Below, one piece after another: positions 40,928-53,300 of a DNA stretch of 64,000 nucleotides; within the stretch, counting starts at the first letter, position 1; each line of letters begins with the position of its first letter. The translations under genes were made by a program, and so were the position numbers. The notes below the pieces were generated by a model. It saw only the letters and a list, made by a program, of their open reading frames with translations. It was not told the DNA's origin and did not search any database. The DNA comes from Cyanophora paradoxa CCMP329 (taxonomy: Eukaryota; Plantae; Glaucophyta): contig QPMI01000551.1 in NCBI GenBank assembly GCA_004431415.1, positions 62,001 through 126,000 of the forward strand. The letters are read 5' to 3'.

Positions 40928-42502
40928 TACGTAGCGGCCCACGAGAGACGTCACGACTCGGGGTGCACGACCGTCGAACGTGGATCGGAGATCACTGCAG
41001 CTGCAGCTGCAGCTGGAGAACATGTACAGCGTTATATTATTAGCCTGCAAAAGATACATCAAAATTAAACATCAACGAGGCAGGCTCGAGCTCGATTTAT
41101 GCTTGCATTCCTGCACATCTTCAGACTGCGTGCATTTACTACTTCAACTATTGATCACTAGTACCACCACATCTAGATCTACTAACAATGTATTGGAGGC
41201 AGCTCAGCGGATTTGAGGTAAGCTGCGAGCGAGTACATCATAGAGGCCTCTGAGACGTCCCGCCTCACATAGCGATTTCCATGACACCGTGGCACTGAAG
41301 ACTTCTATCCTGGTGCGAGCCTCGGAGCTCGAGCTTGATTGAACAAAGCGGGCACAGAAAAGAAATAATATCAAATGAAAATAAAAAAAAAGCGAAAGCA
41401 ATCGTGACGTCGACGTCACATCTATCATTACCACAAGCTGAATTGCCGAAGGGGGCAAACTTTGAAGCTAGTACAAGTGAGCTAAAGCTGGACGGTGAGG
41501 GTCGAGCTTGAAATTGTAATTGGGGGGATGATACTGGGGACGGGGCAGCCGGCGGTGGGGGAGGCGGGGAGGGCGGCGGGCCCAGCCACGGAGGAGCGGC
41601 GCATGGCCGCAGGTCCCTCCCGGGCGGCGGCGGGGGGCCCGCGCGGGCCGGCGGGGCCGGCGTCGCGTCAAATCCCACGGAGGGGGGCTGACCTGCGCGC
41701 GCGCGGAGGGGGCGTCAAGCGAGGCCGCTCGGCAGCGCCGCGCCCCACAGGTCGCCGGCCGAGGCGGAGGCGGACGTCGACCGACGCGATCACTTCGAAT
41801 TAGAGAAATTCGATTTCGAGCCGCCGGTGAGCCGCCTTCAATTAAAGCAGCGCCCCAAATTAAAGCTTTCAGTAGAGCGAGGTTGGGCGAACCGAGAGCG
41901 ACATGCTGATGGCGGCCGGCTTGACGTGGTTCGCGATCGCCCAGTCCAGCCCCGCCAGGATGGGCGCCTGCGCGCCCGCGCGGCCGGCCCGGCGCGCGGC
42001 GTTACGGAAGAAGCACGATCTCGCAGTTTGCGTGGGATCTAGAGCCATGCTTGCTTGTATAATTATATAATTAATTTTAACCTACTAAACTGCGAATTTA
42101 CGCACCGCCGAGCCGCGGCCCTCGCAGCTGAAGACACGCACGCCGAGGAGCGTCGCCTGCTTGGCAACGCCGTACGTCCGCGAGCCGATCGTGCCTGCCA
42201 CCTGCGCAGGCGCGCGCCCCGCCCGCCGGCGCCGTCAGCGGAGCTCCGAGCGGTAGTCTTCAAAGCACGCTCACGTGCGTCCCGTGCCCATGGCAGTCCC
42301 CGAGCATGTTCTCTGCGGGAAAGAAATACGCATATTAAACGCTTGTCGTAAAACTCAAGGGAGTCGAGGCGCTGGGGCCGGGCGGGACAATTGAAGGGAG
42401 GCGCAGGCCGCGGTAGGAATTAAGCGGAAGCGGCGGGGTCCCCCGGGGCGGGGCGGGGCGGGGCGGGGCGGGGCGGGGCGGGGCGGGGCGGGGTTTAAGC
42501 AC

Positions 42503-43969
42503 CGCCGGTGGCGTCGAGGACGTTGCGGGCGCGCCCCTCGAACTCGGGGTGCTCCGTGAAAATGCCCGTGTCGATCACGTACCTGCGCCCCCCTCTCCGG
42601 TCGGCAGCGGGGAGGGGGTCGGGGGGGTCGGGGGGGGGGGGTGGGGGGGGGGTCGGGAAGGGGGATGGAAGCGGGGAGGGGGGTGGGGGAGGGGGGGGGT
42701 GCGAGCGGGGAGAGGCGGGGCGGGGCGGGCGGGGCGGGGGTGGGAAAGGGGAGGGCGGGGCATGGGGGGGGACGGGTGCGGGAGGGGGGTACGCGGCACG
42801 CACACGTTGACGCCGCAGCCGGAGATTGTACCGGTTGTCGGGGGCGCCCCCCGAGTTGGTCCAGGCGTCCTGCGCCCGGCCAGCGCCGGCGTCAGTCGGC
42901 GTCGACGTCGGCGGGCGCGGGGGCCGGGCCGAGGCGGGGTCGGCTGGCGCGCACCTGGTCGATGCGGTCGAGGTTCCAGGGCGCTGCGCATGCGGGCGAC
43001 GCGGCCGGTGTTAGAAAGCGGGGCGGGGCAAGGCAGGGCGGGGCGGGGCGGTGCGGGGCGGGGCGGACGGGAAGCCTGCTCGAGGGCGTCGACCCAGGCC
43101 GGGACGTCCCGCCAGACGTCGCGGACCGACTCGTCCGCCTCAGCCGCCGCCAGAACGGCCGCCGACATCCGCGCCGCAAAGCCCGGAAAGACGGCGCGGT
43201 AGACGTCCCGGACCTGGCGGGATGCGGGGTCGGCGGCGGGGCGGGGCGGCGGTGCGGGGCGGGGCGGAAGCTTAAGGGCGCACCTCGAGGAGGAGGGGCG
43301 CAGGGCCGGAGTCGGCAGCGGCGCCGGCACCGGCCTTGGCGGAGGGGCCGGAGCCGGGGGCGAACGGGGGGGCCTTGGCGGCGGCGCGGGGGCCGGCGAG
43401 CTCGAGGCGCCTGCGGAAGAGCTCGAGGAGGGTCTGCGAGGCGGCGCCCAGGTCCTCGTCCGCCAGCAGACGCCGGCCCAGCGCGCGCTCCGCCGCCTCC
43501 GGCTTGAACCGCTGCGCCCGCCGGGCAAGGCGTCCGACGGTCAGCGCGGGGGGCAGATTATCGGAAACGGGCCCACGCCGGGCCGGGCGAGACTAATATA
43601 ATGCTAGGGACGGAGAGGGGAAGCGCGCCCTTGGGATCGGGGCCCGGGGCGCGCCGGGCACGTGCGGGGCCGGTCAACGCGCACCACGACGTAGAGGTCG
43701 GGAATCGGCGGCTCGGCGGAGGCAGACTGCAGCTGGCGCTGCTTAGGATTGCCCGCCATGGCGCCGTCGGCCGCGGGCGTTGGCGGCTCGGCGCCGGAGA
43801 CGGCCGACGCGAGGAGGGTGAGGAGCGCCACCGCCAGCAGCGGCGCGGCAAGCGCGCGGGCGGTCCGCGACCGCCCAGCTGCAGCGCCCGGGCCCGAGCT
43901 CCCGCGGCCGCGGCCGCCGCCGCCCTGGCCATGGGCCGCGCCGCCGCGCGCCGCAGCGTGCGCGACCAT
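42503..43969 (-). pseudogene. Truncated subtilisin/proteinase K-like (S8) protease: signal peptide, I9 propeptide and N-terminus of the catalytic domain only
   Basis: LAAPLLAVALLTLLASAVSG (signal); IPDLYVV|RFK and VYRAVFPGFAARMS (I9); APWNLDRIDQ; GCGVNV|YVIDTGIFTEHPEFEGRA (catalytic Asp). There is an apparent frameshift near 42825, and no His (HGT) or Ser (GTSMA) exons were found downstream. Confidence 0.75.
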
Positions 43970-44724
43970 GGACCGTACAACGTACAACGGCTGCATGCGC
44001 AGCTGCCGAAGCTGCGCACAAGCCGCGCGCGGGCGAAGCTTAAGCTGCGCGGCCGCGGCTTCCACCAAGCTTGAGTCCCGCCGCGCGACTCCCGCACACA
44101 CGCTCTCCCGTCGACGCCGAGTCGAGCGGGCGCGTCGCCGAGTCGGAGAAGCACTGCGAGCACTGAGAGCCGAGTCGCCGCGTCGCGAGTCGAGTCGAGC
44201 ACTGCGCTCAAGCCTTGAAGGCAGCTGCCTGATGAGATTCGCGCCCAGCCGTCGATTCGCGCTGCATGTACATGTGCGACCGAATCACACCCCTGATCGC
44301 TGATCATCGCTCCCGAGTCCCGATGTCGACGTCGACGTCGACCCTCGATATCGGACTCCGGAGTGCCGACTCTCCCGACGAGGCCGGTGAAGCGGCGCAT
44401 GCATTTCTGATATGCGCGCGCGCTTGCGCCAACGTTAACACCGCGGCTGCGTGCCAGTGCGTGCCACTGCGTGGCTTTCGGGGGGTACACTCTGACGCTT
44501 TTCGACGCTTCCCCGTCCCGCAATCGACGCGAATCTCCCGCAGCGAAAGCTCCCGCGTGACCGCCGCCCAGGCGGCTGCTGCCGCGTGACCGCCAGGCGC
44601 ATCCGCCTGCCTTCCCAAGCCTCCAAGCCCCTTCCCCCTGGTGACTGCAGTCGAACCTCCTTCCGCTCCGTCTGACATTGCGCATTCACAGGGACACCAG
44701 CGGTGCGGGACCCGCGCGAGATGC

Positions 44725-44940
44725 GCGCGCGTAGCCAACGTGTCTGCCGGATCTGCCTTTCTCGAGGACCGTGTTCCTGTCTTCGAGAAGCATCGCGTGA
44801 AGGGCAAGACTCTCCTCAAGCTCACGGTGGCCGAACTTGCGCGATGATTTCGACGACGTGCGGATTCCTTGCACCTTGGAGACCGCCCGACGATAGCGCG
44901 CACTTGGAACGCTCTACAGCCGCTCTTCGAACTATTTAGT
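44725..44940 (+). pseudogene. Possible SAM-domain fragment, disrupted
   Basis: FLEDRVPVFEKHRVKGKTLLKLTVAEL..LHLGDRPTI resembles the SAM consensus (F..H.I.G..LL.LT..EL...LG.R). There is an in-frame TGA or frameshift at ~44845. Confidence 0.4.
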
Positions 44941-45139
44941 TGCAGCCAACTTGCAGGCGAGGCGCCCCGGTGCCCACGCCGTGCCCGAGCGCCGACCCCC
45001 GCGCGCCACAGTTTCATGGCCGCGCAGCCGCATCCGTGCGCCCCCGCCCCAAATTCCCCCAATCGCTGCGCATTGCCGTGATCCTCGCCTCAGACGCTCG
45101 CGAAACGGCCACGCGGGAGCGTGTCCCTCGCCGCTATCC

Positions 45140-46070
45140 GATGGAGGAACTCGCCCTCGCCGATCGCGAGCTCGCCCAGGTCCGCGGGGTCATAAGGGGG
45201 CGGAGAGCCGACTTTCAGCCGACCACATTGACTTCTAGTCTCGGGCCCGAGAGCTCACTTCTAGAAAAAACTTTCTGGGAGCTTTGCCGGGCCGCTGAGC
45301 CACGGGAAGCGATGCTGCCAGCCCGCTCTCTTTCCCCTCGCACTAGTCTGCATCTAATCTCGATCCCGGAACTCGCAGATCTCGCAGGCGAGCTCCCCAC
45401 GCGAAACGGCTGAGGAGCTCCGGGCGTTTCGGGTGCGCGCTCGCCAGGGCGGCGGTTGCTCCCAAAATTTTCTTAGCACGATATCGCATCTGAGGGAGTA
45501 GAGTACGGGGAAGCGCTTTTCGACTCCCTTCGATTCCGTGAGGAACTTCCTTTGCGGATCTAGCGCCATGGCCAGGGCGCCGCTCTTAAGCCCCATGAAT
45601 CATCTTAAATGTCTCTTCAATGCGCATCTCACATATTTTTGCCTCCCAGATTGTCGGGGATCGATCTGGCGCCCTCGTGGAGGCCGTGGAGGTCGAGGAC
45701 GACGTCCGCCGCCTCCAGGTACGAAGGTCCCCCTGGGGGGCAGAAATCAACTTTCGGCCGACCACGTAGGCTTATAAAGGGCTTCAATACGAGTTAAGCG
45801 AGCATAGTGACGGGCCCGGCAGCTCACTTTTAGAGGCGGCTTTCTGAAAGCGTTGCCCGGCCGCTGGGCCACGGGAATTTATGCTGCCAGCCCGCTCTCT
45901 TTCCCCGCGCACTAGTCTGCATCTAATCTCGACTTCCGCTCGTCCAGATTTCGCAGGCGAGCTCTCCACGAGAAGCTACAACGAAGCTCCGCGCTTTTTT
46001 GGTGCGCGCTCGCCAGGCCGCGGCGCCGCTCTTAAGCTCTATGCATAATCTCAAATGACTCTTCAATGCG
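45140..46070. repeat. Two diverged direct copies of a ~300-400-bp unit (~45140-45630 and ~45680-46070), probably a TE remnant
   Basis: Shared blocks such as ATGCTGCCAGCCCGCTCTCTTTCCCC-CGCACTAGTCTGCATCTAATCTCGA, GGTGCGCGCTCGCCAGG and GGCGCCGCTCTTAAGC. Confidence 0.75.
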
Positions 46071-47330
46071 CGCTGCGACGTGCTTCTAGATCGCCCGGTT
46101 CTGATCACCCCTCGCCTGACCTTATTCTGACATTATTCTGACACTATCCCCTAGGACGGACCTCCCGACCCGTCCCGGGCCACCGGAGGCGCGCCGGACC
46201 GCCGGACTTGCGCGGCCCGACGACGCCGGGTACGGGCAAGCGGTGCGTACCCGCACCGGGGGGTACATGATTTCTTAGTGACCTTCCATCAGGTCCTCAT
46301 ATCTCGGCACGGCGGCGGCGACGGGCAGCTCCGCGCGGCTTCCCGTGCGCGTCTTGGCATGGTCCATCCACACGCCGAGCGCGGCGTCCGGCGCCGCGGC
46401 CAGCGAGGAGCGCGGGCCCGGAATCTCCCGTGGAGAACCCTTTGGGCCGTGGCGCAGCTCGCCGGGCGGGGCGGAGGCGCGGCAGCCGGCGGCGGGGCGG
46501 AGGCGCGGCGGGCGGCGGCGCGGCCCGCCGGGCGGGGCGGAGGCGCGGGCAGCGGCGCGGCTCTCCGCGCGGGGCGGATCCGAAGGCGCGGCGGGCGGCG
46601 GCGCGGCTCGCCTGCTTCTCTTCTCAAAATCTACATCTCGTCCTCTAGTTAGAGATCCTTCCCCTCCAACAGGGGCAGTGCAACTGCAGTCACTGAGTGT
46701 CCCTAGGCCTGTTCAGCTCATATATAATTACATGTTCCAAAAGTCCGATGATCACATCATGGCATCTCTTGCAGCTCTCGTATTGAGAGCCTTGCTAGCT
46801 AGCTTCACAAATCGAGTAGAGGCGGCTCATGATCACTGAGTTGGGGCTCTTGCTAGGCCACAACTGAGTTAGTCATGAGTTAGTCATAACTATAGCTAGG
46901 TCCCGCCGCATCACTGAGGACAGAGTACCACAGACCTGACAGAGACTACAGAGTCAACATCACCGAGTTGTCACTTAGTTACGCCGTAACTCAGTGGACT
47001 ACAGCTCTGTAGTTGGGGGTCGATTCTCCTATAGCTAGTATATATACTATAGCGCTAGCTAGCTATAGTAACGCTTTTGCAATTCAACTAGAAATTAGTT
47101 CTCGCGATCGAGCTCGATAATGCTAGTGCTAGCTAGCGCTGGAGGTGGGGGCGGATGCAAGGCGGCAGCGGCTCGCGCGATCGGCACTGCGGCGCAAGGG
47201 GCGGATTCAGAGAATCCAAATTAAAAGCACTGCGGCACACGCAAATATGCATGCGCACGAGCTCGAGAAGCGCAATATTAATATCGATCTTGATCATGGG
47301 ACAATTGATAGATACTGGAATTCGAATATT

Positions 47331-50300
47331 TCATGTGCATGCTTGGAGCTCATGATCACTACAGTTCGAGTAACTTGTTTGTATGGTTGACAGAGCTCGA
47401 GTAACGAATTCAAGCTCTGGCCTTGGAGCCTTCACGCTTTTGAGCGCGCAAAGCGGTGGCCCTGTGGAAGCTCCCCACAGCGGTGGCCGCAAGGGCGACG
47501 GGCGCGGCGACTGTGATAGCGCCGATGGCGAGCGTGAAGCAGCGGGCCCCGCCACCCTCAACGTGCCTGCGATAGTGGCGGCGCGCGCTCTGAATCTGTG
47601 CACGCTCGAGGGGTACGGGTACCGGTGTACGTACCTCGCAGAGGTCTGGGGCAGCTCGCGGTCGCGGCCGGCGACGGCCTCGTCCAGACGCGCCAGAGTC
47701 TTGTCCAGCACGTCGGGCCATGTAAGGCTCGTGCCCCGGTTTTCCGAATTCTTCATGCACCCCAACACGCACGCTCAATCAGGTTTAAAGAATTCACGTT
47801 CGTATCAGCATGATCGGTATTATGATCAGCATTGTTTTTCGACGCACTGACCTCGAGTTTGAAAGAGAAGCGAAGTGCACGGTTCTCTTCGCCATTAGAG
47901 GACTCGCATGAGATGCACATGCGCAAACCGCTGCAGTCCGGATCCATGCGAAGCCACTGGCCGACCTGCTTGTTCAAACTCTCCATCGCCTTTGCGAGCA
48001 TGATGGGCACGACGAGCGACTCGCCCGACTGCTCCTTGTACGCAAACGCAATGACAATGCGCGCGCCACGACTCTGCAGCGCATTGGCCCGTTGCAAGAC
48101 GGCCTCCAGATCGGCCTCGCGAATTGTCGTCGGGAGGACCAAGACGGCGGCGGCGCCGGCGGGGACGTGTCCATCGATGGCGTCGAGAGAATCCTCTGCC
48201 CCGTTGGCCGTGACCTCCTCCAGTTGGGTGAGGCCGAACCGCACAGAGAGGCGCCGGCCGCCCTCCGGCCTCTTGTGCGAGCTGCGAACACGCAACTTCA
48301 GATTTTAGGGCATCCAATTGCAAGTTATTGCGGCGACAGGGCGCACTACAAATCTACGTTCTTTCTATTCTTGACGGCTGTCAGGAACGCCTCGCAGCTC
48401 TGTGGCGTCAATGGTACAGCGGGCCCAAAGACGGGAATCTTCTTGACGAGCTGCAGGGTCGCGACGTGCTACGTGTACGCGCAGCATTAAAGTGGCGTTT
48501 CAACGCTTCATCTGTCAGGCACACCTCAAGCCGATCGAACTCTGTCAAAATGACGAGGGTTATCGTTTCGTCTGCGCCAATGACATCTCCGAAGTCGATC
48601 TGACAGTCGAGGGTGGGCAGCTGTTGTTCGGTCCGGTGGCATGCGATTGGATTGCTCGCACGTGAAATGTGAGCATGTGCTCTGGCGCGGTGATATTTCC
48701 TTTCCACGCCAGCCCCTCTCTCTCTCCTTTTATCTTGTCCTCGTAACTGCCGCAGCGTGTATAGGATGTGAGTGTATATGTGGTGACACAATCACGGGCC
48801 ATGGCCACCATGCACGCACAATACGTGAACTGCAGTCGCGAGAAAGAGCCGTTCGCCGCGAATCGCGAAATCGATTATGCCGCCCGTATGCCGCGCGATA
48901 GCTCGAATGTCAGTGATCGAGGGCGGTGACGGCGCCACCAGTCCGTGTGACACCTCTGCAGCTGGCACCACGGGCAGGGGTCTGCTGGCACGCTTCGTCT
49001 CGCACTTTGTGATCCTACGCGACAATTGAGGATTAAACGGAATGCGCTCAATTCATCGAGGAATCGAAGAGGGACTAGAACTGCGCGAGCGGCGCACTGG
49101 CAGATAGACTCCAGGTACGACGACATTTTATGTTCCGAAACAGCCAACAGGTCCAAGGACGAGAAATTTGACTGCCCACAAGTCAAGATCTTTTTGCAAG
49201 GCGCAGCAATATAATAGCGCACTCGCACACTAGTCCCGTGGCGGCGATCCACGTCGACGACCACCACAGGCGAGTCGGATTGATATCGGCAGCGGGTCTC
49301 ACTGTAGCTGAACCAATTGAATGGCCATGACGGATTTGCGCACAGTTCTGGGCTCTTGATTACCTGCCAGGCTGAGGTCAGCAGGCCTACGTGCACGTGC
49401 ACGTTGCCGGGAGCTGCAGGCCGGGAGGGCGCACGAGAGTGGGGACGACGGGGGCGTAGCGCATCGGCAACAGGGGGAGCTTCGGCACGGGGTCATCCTC
49501 GCGTGCGAACGCATAGACGCGCTGCCGCGAGGGCCGGGGAGCTCCCTATTAGTATGATACACAGTGGCGCAAATTAAACTACAGGCGATCGCGAGCGTGG
49601 AGCGCACATCTTTCCACCCGTACCGACCGAAAGCGAGCTCCTGTGAGTCTGCAAAGAGCGGCTGGCCGAAGGTGACGCAGAGCGCCGTCTCCGCGACGCC
49701 CGACCAGGCTCGGACATCGGGATCGTCCGGCCCCTGCTCGCCCTCGAGGCGGGCCGCCTCCAGGAGGAGGCGGGCGAGGACGAGGCACGCCACCGCCCCG
49801 CCGAGCGAGTGCCCGCAGAGCACGAGCCGCTTGCCCTTCGAGTGCGCCGCATACACGATTGACTCCAGCTGAACCTTGCACGCCCGCTTCCAGAATCCCT
49901 GCATCGCACACTTAAGTGAGCCCGAGCATCTGGCAGCGGGCTTGCAGCTGGCACTGGCGAACAGCGAACCACGTGAACTTTGCCTAGGCCGGGAACGTCT
50001 GCCTGCACCATATTCGCGTCGACGCCTGCGTCCCGGAAACTGTCCGTCCCGCGGAAGGCGACATATAAGCGCTCCCTGTCCTCCGCCCTGCGCATGCACG
50101 GGACCGATTGAGCTTCGGAAAGCTCGACGTCGAGCTTGCGTGCGCAATGCAGTGTGGGACACGCGCCAGAGAGCATCCTGGAATACGTCGGGGGCCACTT
50201 TTGTGCTCCGCGTGCGCTGGATGCTGAGGACGTCCAGCTCGATCTTGTCCTCCTGAAAAAGATTTAAAAAGATGAGAAACGATTCGAAGAAGCCTTGAAG

Positions 50301-53300
50301 TCTTCAAGGGCAGAGTACGCGGATTGGCGTGCGGACCTGTCGAGCGAGCTCGAGCAGCCTCCGAAGGCATTCCTCCGCAGAGTTCTCGTAGCATGCCATG
50401 CAGAGGTGCGCTGATCGGATGAACATCGTCCTGGAGGTGTCTTCTTTGATTCGAAAGACTGGCGATTTGCCACCGTGGACCATGTTGCCCCTCAAGCAAG
50501 GAGCCGCGCCCGTTGCAATCTTGATGCCCCCCAGAGCGTTTCCGTAGATGTCGTTGTCCTCGACCGTGCCTCGCCCGCTCTCGTGCACGTAGATGCCGGC
50601 ATCCTTGCCGTCGTGGACCTTGTTGCGACGCACGACGGGGTCCGCGCCGGTAGTGATTTCGATGCCCACCAGTGCGTTCCCGTAGATGTCGTTGTCCTCG
50701 ACCGTGCCCCGCCCGCTCTCGTGCACGAAGATGCCGAAAAACTTGCCGTCGTGGACCTTGTTGCGACGCACGACGGGGTCCGCACCGGTCGCGATTGCGA
50801 TGCCCACCAGTGCGTTCCCGTAGATGTCGTTGTCCTCGACCGTGCCTCGCCCGCTCTCGTGCACGAAGATGCCGGAACACTTGCCGTCGTGGACCTTGTT
50901 GCGACGCACGACGGGGTCCGCGCCGGTAGTGATTTCGATGCCCCCCAGAGCGTTCCCGTAGATGTCGTTGTCCTCAACTGTGCCTCGCCCGCTCTCACAC
51001 ACGAGGATGCCGACGTCGCAATCGTCACACTTGCCGTCGTGGACCTTGTTGCGACGCACGACGGGGTCCGCACCGGTCGCGATTGCGATGCCCACCAGTG
51101 CGTTCCCATAGATGTCGTTGTCCTCGACTGTGCCCCGCCCGCTCTCGTGCACGAAGATGCCGAAACACTTGCCGTCGTGGACCTTGTTGCGACGCACGAC
51201 GGGGTCCGCGCCGGTAGTGATTTCGATGCCCGCCAGTGCGTTGCCGTAGATGTCGTTGTCCTCGACCGTGCCCTGTCCGCTCTCGTGCGCGACGATGCCG
51301 CCCTGCTTGCCGTCGTAGACCTTGTTGCGACGCACGACGGGGTCTGCGCCGGTAGTGATTTTGATGCCTGCCAGTGCGTTGCCGCAGATGTCGTTGTCCT
51401 CGACCGTGCCTCGCCCGCTCTCGTGCACGACGATGCCGGCAATCTTGTTGTCGTGGACCTTGTTGCCACGCACGACGGGGTCCGCGCCGGTCTGGACCGC
51501 GATGCCCGCCAGTGCATTGCTGTAAATGTCGTTGTCCTCGACTGTGCCTCGCCCGCTCTCAAGCACGAAGATGCCGGCACTCTTGTTGTCGTGGACCTTG
51601 TTGCCGCGAACTGCGGGGTCCGCGCCGGTTGACATCTGGATGCCCGCCAGTGCGTTGCCGTAGATGTCGTTGTCCTCGATGTTGCCTCGCCCGCTCTCAA
51701 GCACGAAGATGCCGGAACTCTTGCCGTCGAAGACCTTGTTGCCACGCACGACGGGGTCCGCGCCGGTTGACACCTGGATGCCCGCTAGTGCGTTGCCGTA
51801 GATGTCGTTGTCCTCAACCGTGCCACGCCCGTTCTCGCACACGTAGATGCCGGCGTTTTCGCCATCGCGGATTTTGTTGCCGCGCACGACGGGGTCCGCG
51901 CCTGTATCAATCGCGATACCTGATCGCGTGTTTCCAAACACATCGTTGTCCTCCGCGACACCCTTGGCCGACGCGTGGAAGGAGATGCCCCTCTCGCCAC
52001 AGTCATGCACCGCATTTCCTGCAGAGGGATCGGATAATTTATAATTAGCGGAGGGATGAATGAAATAATTTGCGAGTCGTGCTCACCGCGCAACGTCGCG
52101 GACGTCCCCTCGCCACTGACGATAATACCACTGTAGAGAGTGCAAGACACGTCGCAGCCCTCCAAGACCGCCCGGCTCCCCTCCGTGATTCGCACCGCCG
52201 GTATGGCACCGGTGGGCTCGCCATCGGGGACGATCGTGGAATCAGAACCGCGAATCGTGATCCCCCTCACGCTTGGTGCTGCCGGCCCCTTGAAGCGCAG
52301 CGTCTCGCCCTGGTTGTACTCAAGGATGGCCTCCCGCGATCCGACGATGTGCACTTCCTTCTCCAGCAATATCGCCTCCTTGTACCTGCAAGATCGCCTC
52401 CTTGTACCTGCAAGAGCGATCGCAAATTGGCCCGACGAGTTTATCTGTCACTGGAGGAGGGTGCATATGCATGCGCACCGGCCGGGGAAGAGGCGGATGG
52501 TCTGTCCCGGGGTGGCCCGCGCGACAGCGGCCGCGATGCTCTCTCCAGGTCGCACCCACAGTTGCGAATCCCCGCCAGCAATGTTCGATGCCTGCATAAA
52601 TACGCGCAGAGTCTCGATTAGGTACGCTGTACACGTAATTAGGCGCGATTACATGTGTGCTAGATTAGGCGCGCTGCACGCTTTTCCTTTATAGCATAGT
52701 ATAACTTGCTGGTATAGCTAGTTACAGCTACAGCTGTATGCATGGGCGCCAACCTCGAGCTCGTCGTCATGATAAGGTGCGCCGTGTGGCCCGTTGTCGA
52801 CGGACGGAGCCGATATCGATGCTTCTGCAGCTGGGCCAGCCCCGGCGCACTCACAAGAAGATGGGGGGGGCGCCCAGGACGGCGGCTGCACTGTAGCGAT
52901 CGTCTGCATGCGCAGCTCAACGATATCAGCTTTTATCGCGAGAGAAGCCAATGTATCTATTTCTAAATCTCTCGTATACGTAGCGGCGACATTGACGCAC
53001 CTTCGGCTTGAGCTTATGATCATGTGCAGATATAGACGAGAGCCGCTCCGTCCACCCCTCTAGATCTGTCACAGGCTTGGGCTCTGTTTCGAGCGACTTG
53101 CGTCCATTATCGCGCCCCGATATTCTGCGCATTCGCACCATGTAAGCAGGCAAAGGCATAGGGCGGAGGAAACGGCCGAGGCAAATCGCGACGTCAAGAC
53201 GGCGTCGACATTTAGGGCGGCCGAGTGCGGCCGCGGGCTGCGAAATTCAAGCGGCTCACTTGCGGATCTTGCCCAAATACGAGGACATAGCGCGGCCCAG

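Noticed and set aside
46241-46280. Helitron 3' end (hairpin CGGTGC..GCACCG followed by CTTAGT)
   Set aside because: The terminus is not CTRR, and no matching 5' end or second copy occurs in the window.
50475-52048. Long antisense and alternative-frame ORFs over the beta-helix array
   Set aside because: They are shadows of a GC-rich coding repeat. Only the 50304-52010 frame matches a known fold.
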